A stretch of DNA of 34,167 nucleotides. Source: a virus. The notes below the pieces were generated by a model. The model was not told the origin of the DNA. It ran no database searches and saw only the letters and a list, made by a program, of their open reading frames with translations. A program made the translations under genes and the position numbers. This document shows, one piece after another, positions 23,441 through 30,450 of the stretch (position 1 is its first letter; the number at the start of each line of letters is the position of its first letter). Location of the stretch: the IMG/VR virus record IMGVR_UViG_3300000116_000002, positions 1 to 34,167 of that record. One strand, written 5' to 3'.

Positions 23441-23611
23441 TTAGGCTCTGCGCTTCTTCGCGGTTTTTGCTGATTGCCTAAATGCTTTAGCTGTCGGCGC
23501 GCCTTTAGCACCTGGCTTACGCATACGCTCGGGCTTTTTGCCAGCTGCTTTTTGGGCTGCTATGCGCTTACGTTTTTTATGAATGTTTGTATAAAGGCCG
23601 GGCTTAGCCAT
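23441..23611 (-). CDS. Highly basic 56-aa protein (not in the ORF track)
   Basis: Hand translation gives MAKPGLYTNIHKKRKRIAAQKAAGKKPERMRKPGAKGAPTAKAFRQSAKTAKKRRA. Its start lies 1 nt after the stop of the upstream ORF. Confidence 0.55.
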   Translation of the reverse strand: MAKPGLYTNIHKKRKRIAAQKAAGKKPERMRKPGAKGAPTAKAFRQSAKTAKKRRA

Positions 23612-23612
23612 A

Positions 23613-23741
23613 TTACTTGCCTTTCTTTTTAGACTTTATAATTTTAGATTGCAGAGATTTCGGCAGGGTCTTTTGCTTTGCTGTCAACTTGCCCATCTTT
23701 TTTTTCTTGGCGCCCATTCCTTTTCCGTAATGCCCCGGCAT
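23613..23741 (-). CDS. Highly basic 42-aa protein (not in the ORF track)
   Basis: Hand translation gives MPGHYGKGMGAKKKKMGKLTAKQKTLPKSLQSKIIKSKKKGK. An AGGAG Shine-Dalgarno lies 9 nt upstream. Confidence 0.55.
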   Translation of the reverse strand: MPGHYGKGMGAKKKKMGKLTAKQKTLPKSLQSKIIKSKKKGK

Positions 23742-23758
23742 TGATCAGTCTCCTTTGG

Positions 23759-24019
23759 TTAACATTTCCATCTGCGTCTTGCAGCCTTGCCTCTCGGCCC
23801 CGTCCAGCTCTTGGATCTGGCACAAAAGCTTTTGCGCCGCGCAGCTGCTTTGCTGCCGGCCTTTACCTTGCCGGTGACTGGCGCCTTTAGTTTGCTGCCT
23901 GTCGCCCGGTTGTACTTCGCCCTGCCCTTTGCAGTGAGCCCACCACCCTGCTTAACCGAGCGCTTTTCGCCCCGGCCAACTGACAGGTTTACGGATTTCT
24001 TTTTACGCTTTGCTGCCAT
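23759..24019 (-). CDS. Highly basic 86-aa protein
   Basis: ORF-track entry with about 29 Lys+Arg and 1 acidic residue. Its start overlaps the endolysin 3' end by 17 nt. Confidence 0.6.
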   Translation of the reverse strand: MAAKRKKKSVNLSVGRGEKRSVKQGGGLTAKGRAKYNRATGSKLKAPVTGKVKAGSKAAARRKSFCARSKSWTGPRGKAARRRWKC

Positions 24020-24461
24020 CGATCAATCCGTGCCGGTAGCCGTTAGATCTGTCATAGGTCAGCACGTCTTTGCGGGGCTCATGCACATAGCTGCAATGCA
24101 CCCAGCCGCTGTTGCCGCCCGTGTAACATTCCAAGATGAGCTGATCGAAAGCCAGGTGGTCGCGTATCCACTCAGCCAGCTTCATATTACTGATGCCCGG
24201 CACCTCAAAGTCTGCTGCTTGTCCCTTGGCGTGTTGGCTTTTAATGTTGCTGCCAACAGCGATACATAACTCCGGGCATCGATACCCAGAGCTTACTGTA
24301 AAGGGTATGCCAAAATGGTTGCGTACCGGCTGTAAGATCTCCGCACACAGCTTCTCCATGTTGTCGATGGCAGATTGGTCAGGCGTGTTGTCAATGCCCT
24401 TCCTAAGCGCTGTCTGGCTCTTTACCATCTCAGCCAGGCTAAAATTTGGTGATAGTTTCAT
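24003..24461 (-). CDS. Endolysin, peptidase M15 family (Zn D-Ala-D-Ala carboxypeptidase / L-Ala-D-Glu peptidase-like), 152 aa
   Basis: Motifs FSLAEM..., SSGYRCPELC and SQHAKGQAADFEV. An ATGA overlap links it to the holin gene. Confidence 0.85.
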   Translation of the reverse strand: MKLSPNFSLAEMVKSQTALRKGIDNTPDQSAIDNMEKLCAEILQPVRNHFGIPFTVSSGYRCPELCIAVGSNIKSQHAKGQAADFEVPGISNMKLAEWIRDHLAFDQLILECYTGGNSGWVHCSYVHEPRKDVLTYDRSNGYRHGLIDGSKA

Positions 24462-24853
24462 TTTGTCAGCCCTGATTTTTTTTCATATGTCCTCAAGCCG
24501 CCTATCCCAAGCATCCCGCCAAGCACAGTCAGAAGCGTACCCATATCGAACTCAGGCATCTCAGGCAGCTCTAGGCCGGCAAAGGACGCTCCGAATATAA
24601 TTAGGTCTTTGAGGATGAAGTGATATGCAAAAGCAATGGCACAGACCCAGCCTACAGCTGGGCGCCAGCCGCCTTTAAATACACTGCCGCTAGCCGCCTC
24701 AGCCTTGTTGATTTCCAGCTGGGCAAGCAAGGCTTGCTGCGCGTGTTGGTCTGCCATTGTGGCCAACTCATGTGCGAGCTTGTTCTTTTGATCTTTGTCC
24801 TCAATAAATTTATCTAGCAAGCCGGTCACCGGCCCTATCAATGCCTGTATCAT
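24458..24853 (-). CDS. Holin, 3-TM GTA-type holin family, 131 aa
   Basis: The segment AQLEINKAEAASGSVFKGGWRPAVGWVCAIAFAYHF matches the signature of the 'holin of 3TMs, for gene-transfer release' family, from memory. It lies directly upstream of the endolysin. Confidence 0.75.
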   Translation of the reverse strand: MIQALIGPVTGLLDKFIEDKDQKNKLAHELATMADQHAQQALLAQLEINKAEAASGSVFKGGWRPAVGWVCAIAFAYHFILKDLIIFGASFAGLELPEMPEFDMGTLLTVLGGMLGIGGLRTYEKKSGLTK

Positions 24854-25065
24854 CTTGACAATACTCCCTTGGGCAGCGCCTTGCAGCTCCAGCCCACAGG
24901 CTTGTAACCGCGCATATGTTTGTGAACGCGCTCAGCCAATACAAACGCATGGCTCATACAGGCTCGCTCTGTGTCGTGCCATTTCTGTGCTTCTAGGTAT
25001 GTGCATTGGTCTCGCTGCACCGCGCTTGTGCCGATCAGGCAAGCTATGACGATTGCCTGGTACAT
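24850..25065 (-). CDS. Small Cys-containing protein with a hydrophobic N-terminus (VIAC lipobox-like), 71 aa
   Basis: The ATG at 25065 shares one base with the upstream stop (TAATG). The listed 112-aa version would overlap the upstream ORF by 124 nt. Confidence 0.5.
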   Translation of the reverse strand: MYQAIVIACLIGTSAVQRDQCTYLEAQKWHDTERACMSHAFVLAERVHKHMRGYKPVGWSCKALPKGVLSR

Positions 25066-25280
25066 TACTCTTTTGGTGTCCTTGCTTCTTTGCCCAGGTA
25101 AATGCCATAGACGCCGGTCATCACGCCCATGATGACGCTGACAAAGGCAGATTGCTGCGTTGTTGGTGCTTCGAGATTCATAAACCATTCAGCGCAACGC
25201 CATGACATAGCAACAGAGGCAAGCATGGTTAGTTTTGCTGTAAGATTAAATTGTATGTATCGTTTCCACCAGTCGGTCAT
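25065..25280 (-). CDS. Two-TM small membrane protein (holin/antiholin-like), 71 aa
   Basis: Two hydrophobic segments are present, LTMLASVAMSW and FVSVIMGVMTGVYGIYLG. It sits in the lysis-cassette context. Confidence 0.55.
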   Translation of the reverse strand: MTDWWKRYIQFNLTAKLTMLASVAMSWRCAEWFMNLEAPTTQQSAFVSVIMGVMTGVYGIYLGKEARTPKE

Positions 25281-25789
25281 AGGACAATCACCTCAGCTTG
25301 GCTTTGAGCCACAGTGACAAACAGAAATGCAAACAATGCCAAGACTACCAGAATGATACCGGCGACAAGTAACGTGCCTTTAATCGTTTCCTCAAGCTCG
25401 CGAGCTTTGCGAGCCGCCTCACGCTTCGCTTGCGCTTGCGCCTCTTTTTGCTCTCGCAATGCCTTATTATGATGATCAAGTATTTCCTGCCATGTGCTTG
25501 GCTGATTAGCTGGTTTTGGCCAGCGCATATTTATCAGGGTTGCTACTTGTTGCATTTCTTCAGCCAGGCGCTTTGATTCAAGCACCGCGTCGATAGAGCC
25601 TTTGAAGCTGATATCGCCAACGCCAGCCTGTTTGTTGCGCTCCTCGTTGAGCTTTTTCTGTGCGTTAAACAGTGTGCCGATTTGGTCTGAAATATCAGCA
25701 ACAGATTGAACATCGTTAATCCTTGCTTTGATAAATGCTATGGCGTTTGACGCAGCAGAAACAGCCGCTAAAGCGGTGATAGGCTCCAT
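25277..25789 (-). CDS. Coiled-coil protein with a C-terminal TM anchor, 170 aa
   Basis: A charged helical region (KEAQAQAKREAARKARELEE) is followed by LLVAGIILVVLALFAFLFVTVA. Confidence 0.6.
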   Translation of the reverse strand: MEPITALAAVSAASNAIAFIKARINDVQSVADISDQIGTLFNAQKKLNEERNKQAGVGDISFKGSIDAVLESKRLAEEMQQVATLINMRWPKPANQPSTWQEILDHHNKALREQKEAQAQAKREAARKARELEETIKGTLLVAGIILVVLALFAFLFVTVAQSQAEVIVL

Positions 25790-25803
25790 GATGTGTCTCT
25801 ATT

Positions 25804-25968
25804 TTAGATGCGGTCTGCTAGTAGCAGCAGAATGATTGCGGCTGCTTGACCTATAAGGATATGCTCTGTTCGCTTGATCCTGGTGATGGTTTCGACCCAA
25901 CGCTCATCTGTCCGCGCAATGTGCTTCTCAAGCTCGACATGAATTGATTGCAAGGTTGGCTTGCTCAT
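25804..25968 (-). CDS. Small protein with a C-terminal TM, 54 aa
   Basis: The ATG at 25968 overlaps the upstream stop by one base (TGATG). The C-terminus is ILIGQAAAIILLLLA. Confidence 0.5.
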   Translation of the reverse strand: MSKPTLQSIHVELEKHIARTDERWVETITRIKRTEHILIGQAAAIILLLLADRI

Positions 25969-26537
25969 CAGATTGCATCCGGCCAATCATTTATGGGTGC
26001 GTTGCCAGATGGCTCGCCATTACTATCTACAGGCGTATCATACAATGCCATGAACGCTGCAAGGTCAGAGGCACCATTGATGGATGTTTCTATCGCCGCA
26101 CACTGAGTGCGAACCGCATCCCTGTAAGTGCTGATTGTGCTAGGGATTGCTGTAGACTTTTCTGATTTGCGAATTACATACCAATCGTATGGTGCTAACA
26201 AACTAGCTGCTGTTGTCTTTGCCTGTGCTACAGCTATAGACTTTAGGCCAAGCGTTACAAGCTGGTTGCCATCTAAATCTAAGACAGCATCGCCATTGTC
26301 ATCAACCTCATTAACGTCTGTCAGGCTGCGCGGGATTAACGTGCCATCAGCCTGTCTGCCCCAATAAAAGCGATTGTCGAATGGTGCCTCACTAGCTGGC
26401 GCATCTTCCCACACCAGCCCAGCAGCCGCCTTCTCAGCGTCTGTCCAGCGCATCCACGTTGCAGGGTGGGTGATGTTGTTGTCATCTTGCCAGCTTCTGC
26501 CAGCGCGGATGATTTTACCATTGTATGTATATGCCAT
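25968..26537 (-). CDS. Fibre-associated protein (possible tail fibre assembly / accessory protein), 189 aa
   Basis: It lies immediately downstream of the 830-aa fibre gene. The function is inferred from position only. Confidence 0.4.
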   Translation of the reverse strand: MAYTYNGKIIRAGRSWQDDNNITHPATWMRWTDAEKAAAGLVWEDAPASEAPFDNRFYWGRQADGTLIPRSLTDVNEVDDNGDAVLDLDGNQLVTLGLKSIAVAQAKTTAASLLAPYDWYVIRKSEKSTAIPSTISTYRDAVRTQCAAIETSINGASDLAAFMALYDTPVDSNGEPSGNAPINDWPDAI

Positions 26538-26547
26538 TGGTTATCTC

Positions 26548-29040
26548 CTATCTGGCGTTGCTATATTTTGCAGGGGCTTCGGCAAAGGCGAGGTAGATGT
26601 AGGTATATGTGTTTTCGTTTGTCGCACCATTTGCACTTCTTAGTTCGAAACCATTGCTTAAAAAATCTATCGTTTCTGCGCTTGACGACAATTCGGCGGC
26701 ACCACTATTTGCTCTAAGTTCATTGTCATCTACATTAAACTGACCTCTTACTGAATCACGCAACTGCCAGTTCCATCCGCCGCCGACCGCAGTTTTACCA
26801 ATTAACAAAAACGCTGGCCTAAACCCTGTGTAAACAAACGTGCCATTTGCATTACCGTTGCCGCGATATTTGCCAACGGCCTGATAGCCGGGAACGCTGT
26901 GGAACGCATAAAAAACTAAATCTTCTCCGCTATTGTTTGTATTTTGTGCTGTGCCTACAGAAAACACACTGGTAGTTGGCGCAGTGTCATTCCAATAAGT
27001 TGCCGCATCACCTGCCGCATCAGTTGCGTTTAAAAAAACGTGGTCTGTTTCTGCATCACTGGCAATATATTTATGGTATATAGGCCATTGTGTACCAGCT
27101 TGGGTTCTGCTTTTTACAATTATCATCTCTGGCGCACTAGACAAACCGTGACCAATCGTAGCGTTAGCACCTGTTCCAGTATAAGTTCCTATACTAAACC
27201 CAGCATCGGGTGCAGCCGACACCTGTGACGTAATACTGCCATCTGAATTGCTTGATGCGCTGCCACCAGCTTTCCAGTTCCACGCAACGTATGTGTCACT
27301 CGACCCGTTAGTCGCATCGAATGTGCCATCTGTGCCATCGTCAACAGTAAAGCCATCGCTGTCAAATGACGTTAAACCACCAAAACTTGCTGTTGAAATT
27401 GCACTAGCATTTTCCGCATCTGTGCCATTACTACGCAACACATTGTCTGCACCACGCACACTATCAAATAAAGCATGTGATGCTGTGCCGTTTCTCGTTT
27501 TAATCCAAGTCCAATCCGGCTGAAAACCAACGCCAGTTATTGCGTTGGACGAGGAGCCGTCACCCGTATAAAGCACCGTATTAAAGTAATCGTCAGCCTG
27601 TTCCGCGCTGTTCGGGCCGATGGTTGGTTCTGGTAGGTTGGCTGAACACAACGATTTGTAACCAGATGGCACAGAATACTTGAAGTCACCGTAGCCATTA
27701 GCATCGGTGTTGCCGCCAGCCGTTACTGCACCGGCAAAAGTGCTGTCCTGACCATAGTTGGTTGAAAGGGAAAGAGTGCTGTTTATTGACACCGCTGGAA
27801 CATATTGCCCCGTCAGCCCAGTTGCGGCGGCAGTACCAGAATTTTGTATCGTACCATTTTTGTAAAAATAAAGTGCGCCAGCTTTAACGGCGATTCCAAT
27901 GACATCACCTGTTGTAAAGCTATCACCATAAGAGGAGTCAACGCCACCAGTGCTTTTGCTGCCATTACCTTTGTAGGCAATGCCATCTGATGAGTGAGCA
28001 AAATTGAATGTGGGGTCTGATTGATTAAAGTATATGTTTTGCGGTTTAGATATGCCAAATCTTACTTCAACACCGCCGCTATTTACATACCCTTCCCAGT
28101 ACCATCCGTCTGTATCCTCGACATCGAACAAAAATGTCCCAGCCATATTATCAAAGTTACCGCCAACGCCAACCATCTTTAGGTTGCCTTCGGAGTGCGT
28201 AATGTTAGCTCTCATTGCGCCGTTGTTTGTACACCAATTATTAGTCGGGCTTTCACCGGACATCACATCGCTTGCGGCTAAGTTGTTTGCAGTCCAGTCA
28301 TTATTATTGCCAGACACATCGTTACCTATATTCGCGCTATCTGCAAAATCTAGGTGATAACCATTAACACCGTGACTGGTTGTGCCGTTGTCAACGTATT
28401 GCTTTGGCACCCATATACCATTCACTTCTTCAGCAAAATCAGTCGGTGACAATGCCTGACCGTCAACCATATGGATTTCAGCCATATAACCATTAAAATA
28501 TCGGGAATATGCAGAAACGTAACGACCCCATCTTTGTTCTTGACCATTTGTGTTTACAGAAGCCATTACGCTGTTTAGACTCGGAAATGTTCCGGTATAG
28601 TCTGTTTGTTGTGTGCCATTTACATAGACTTTAACACGATCTGTATCTGTAGATTGTGTGGTGTCATATACAACAAGAAAATGATACCAAGCACCGCGAT
28701 CTCGATATAGTCTTGGAGATGTTGGATTTGCGCCACCGTTTTGCGTGTATATTTCAAAATCATCATCTGTACCAAAAGCATAAGTGTTGTGACCCTGACC
28801 AGTTCCACTTCCAGTGTTTTTTGATGAAAATACAGTCCGAAAATCTCCACTGCCTTGTGCCAGTTTAATCCATACAGAAAAAGTATATTTCTTGTTGTCT
28901 GTTCCATTTGACGACGGAGTAAAACTTAAATACGCACTATCCGCTTCTTCAAATCGCAAAGACTGGTCAATGCTGTATGAGTAAAACCCAGCCGCCCCAC
29001 TTGAATACATCCATTGGCTTGAACCTATTGGCCCTGACAT
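26548..29040 (-). CDS. Tail fibre / receptor-binding protein with an N-terminal LamG (concanavalin-like) domain and three C-terminal repeat modules, 830 aa
   Basis: The segment WYHFLVVYD...VKVYVNGTQ...F.GYMAEIHMVDG has a LamG-type pattern. Three roughly 100-aa modules share Y.G.G.....G.GF.P......K.R, and two of the three continue with DSVRG. The gene follows the 466-aa fibre gene. Confidence 0.65.
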   Translation of the reverse strand: MSGPIGSSQWMYSSGAAGFYSYSIDQSLRFEEADSAYLSFTPSSNGTDNKKYTFSVWIKLAQGSGDFRTVFSSKNTGSGTGQGHNTYAFGTDDDFEIYTQNGGANPTSPRLYRDRGAWYHFLVVYDTTQSTDTDRVKVYVNGTQQTDYTGTFPSLNSVMASVNTNGQEQRWGRYVSAYSRYFNGYMAEIHMVDGQALSPTDFAEEVNGIWVPKQYVDNGTTSHGVNGYHLDFADSANIGNDVSGNNNDWTANNLAASDVMSGESPTNNWCTNNGAMRANITHSEGNLKMVGVGGNFDNMAGTFLFDVEDTDGWYWEGYVNSGGVEVRFGISKPQNIYFNQSDPTFNFAHSSDGIAYKGNGSKSTGGVDSSYGDSFTTGDVIGIAVKAGALYFYKNGTIQNSGTAAATGLTGQYVPAVSINSTLSLSTNYGQDSTFAGAVTAGGNTDANGYGDFKYSVPSGYKSLCSANLPEPTIGPNSAEQADDYFNTVLYTGDGSSSNAITGVGFQPDWTWIKTRNGTASHALFDSVRGADNVLRSNGTDAENASAISTASFGGLTSFDSDGFTVDDGTDGTFDATNGSSDTYVAWNWKAGGSASSNSDGSITSQVSAAPDAGFSIGTYTGTGANATIGHGLSSAPEMIIVKSRTQAGTQWPIYHKYIASDAETDHVFLNATDAAGDAATYWNDTAPTTSVFSVGTAQNTNNSGEDLVFYAFHSVPGYQAVGKYRGNGNANGTFVYTGFRPAFLLIGKTAVGGGWNWQLRDSVRGQFNVDDNELRANSGAAELSSSAETIDFLSNGFELRSANGATNENTYTYIYLAFAEAPAKYSNAR

Positions 29041-29049
29041 AGCAGCCCC

Positions 29050-30450
29050 CTACGCAAACGCCAGTTGAGGCGCACCTAACAGAACACGCCCCGATGCTGC
29101 AACAACATAAGGCACAATGTCTGTCGTGCTTGCGGCTGTAGACAGGGTAAGGCCAGCACCACCAGCAGTCTCATAGTCTGTGCCAAGTGACACAGCCCTG
29201 CCGCCGGTTGAATCTTGAATAAATACAATGAAGCCAGATTGCCCAACTTGTTCTGTCGTTGGATTAGCAAGTGTAACAGCACCTGTTAACGTCAATACAA
29301 AATTTTGATTAGCAGCAAAGTCAAGCGTAACGCTGCCTGTGTTTGATGTGTCTGTATCTGTTGCGCCAATCACAGATTTCTCAAACTCAGCTACTGCGCC
29401 GCCAATTTTTAAGCGGTCATCGGTTGTCTCATCATACTTAATAAACGCATCACTATCTGTACCAAATGACAAGTTCTCATCATCGGGTATAACTTTGTTT
29501 GTAAGGCTTTGTGAAGCCACTGTGCTTACTAACTCACCATCGCCACCGGGCGGCAATGTCAGTGTATTAGTCACTGACGCACTATGCGGCTGTGCCTTGA
29601 CTGTCTGCCCATGACTGTTTGCCTCACAGTTGAACACAACAGTACCGGGGTTTGTATTGCCTTTGACAACAACAGTGCCAGTGCCATTAGGTGCAAGGTC
29701 TATAGTGCCATTAGATGTGGTCACAATATCCTGACCATTCATGTCTAAGTCACCGCCAAGCTGTGGTGTTGTGTCTAGAACTACATCAGATAGACCACCA
29801 CCGGAAGCGCCAGTTGCACCAGTTGCGCCTGTTGCGCCAGCCGGTATACCCAAAGCCAATGCTAAGGCACCGCTAGCAGCTGTGTATGTAGCTGTCGCTG
29901 AAGGTGTTGCGCCAGCTGATAAGCCGGACGCAGATATTGTTACAGTATCTATCTTGCCCTCAGTGACTGTCAGATCACCGCTAGCGTCAAAACTCAACAG
30001 CTTGTTAGCTCGATCAGTAGCCGACGTTGTAAATTCAGACGTGGCAATGACGTTGGTTTGCGACACTTTGAGCGATCTGCCCACAGCTTCATCAAGCTGC
30101 TGCGTGATCATGGTCAGCCGGTCGAGCGCATCTTCATGGCTTTCTGCCGGAAACGGATCGTTGGCAACGTAGTCTGTAGCCTGGGTCAGTGTGAGCTTGC
30201 GTAGGATCACGACAGTCTCGCCAGACGCCGGCACATTCCCGGTGGTGAAAGTCACGTTGCCGCCGCTGTCAGTCCCGGCGCCAGACACTGTGTAATGTGT
30301 CGTCAGCGTCTTGGTTGTTTCAACGCCGGCTGATGATCGGATAATAACCGTCAGATCAGCATCTGCGAATATCTTGAACCCGTAAGCAAACGCGGTTGTG
30401 CTGCCGTTGCCAGAGTAGCTGGCACGGTTGGTCGTCGTTGAAACTGTCAT
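29050..30450 (-). CDS. Tail fibre protein with a short (GAT)n collagen-like stretch, 466 aa
   Basis: The N-terminus NRASYSGNGSTTAFAYGFKIF...DLTVII...HYTV is typical of phage fibre N-terminal domains. A GATGATGATGASGGG stretch is present. Confidence 0.7.
   Translation of the reverse strand: MTVSTTTNRASYSGNGSTTAFAYGFKIFADADLTVIIRSSAGVETTKTLTTHYTVSGAGTDSGGNVTFTTGNVPASGETVVILRKLTLTQATDYVANDPFPAESHEDALDRLTMITQQLDEAVGRSLKVSQTNVIATSEFTTSATDRANKLLSFDASGDLTVTEGKIDTVTISASGLSAGATPSATATYTAASGALALALGIPAGATGATGATGASGGGLSDVVLDTTPQLGGDLDMNGQDIVTTSNGTIDLAPNGTGTVVVKGNTNPGTVVFNCEANSHGQTVKAQPHSASVTNTLTLPPGGDGELVSTVASQSLTNKVIPDDENLSFGTDSDAFIKYDETTDDRLKIGGAVAEFEKSVIGATDTDTSNTGSVTLDFAANQNFVLTLTGAVTLANPTTEQVGQSGFIVFIQDSTGGRAVSLGTDYETAGGAGLTLSTAASTTDIVPYVVAASGRVLLGAPQLAFA

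Noticed and set aside
24850-25188. The 112-aa version of the ORF at 24850..25188
   Set aside because: Its first 41 codons overlap the 2-TM 71-aa ORF out of frame. The internal ATG at 25065 forms a TAATG coupling with that ORF's stop, so I prefer the 71-aa product.
26548-30450. A diversity-generating retroelement acting on the fibre genes, by analogy with BPP-1-type phages
   Set aside because: No reverse transcriptase ORF exists anywhere in the window. I saw no template/variable repeat pair near the 3' ends of the fibre genes.
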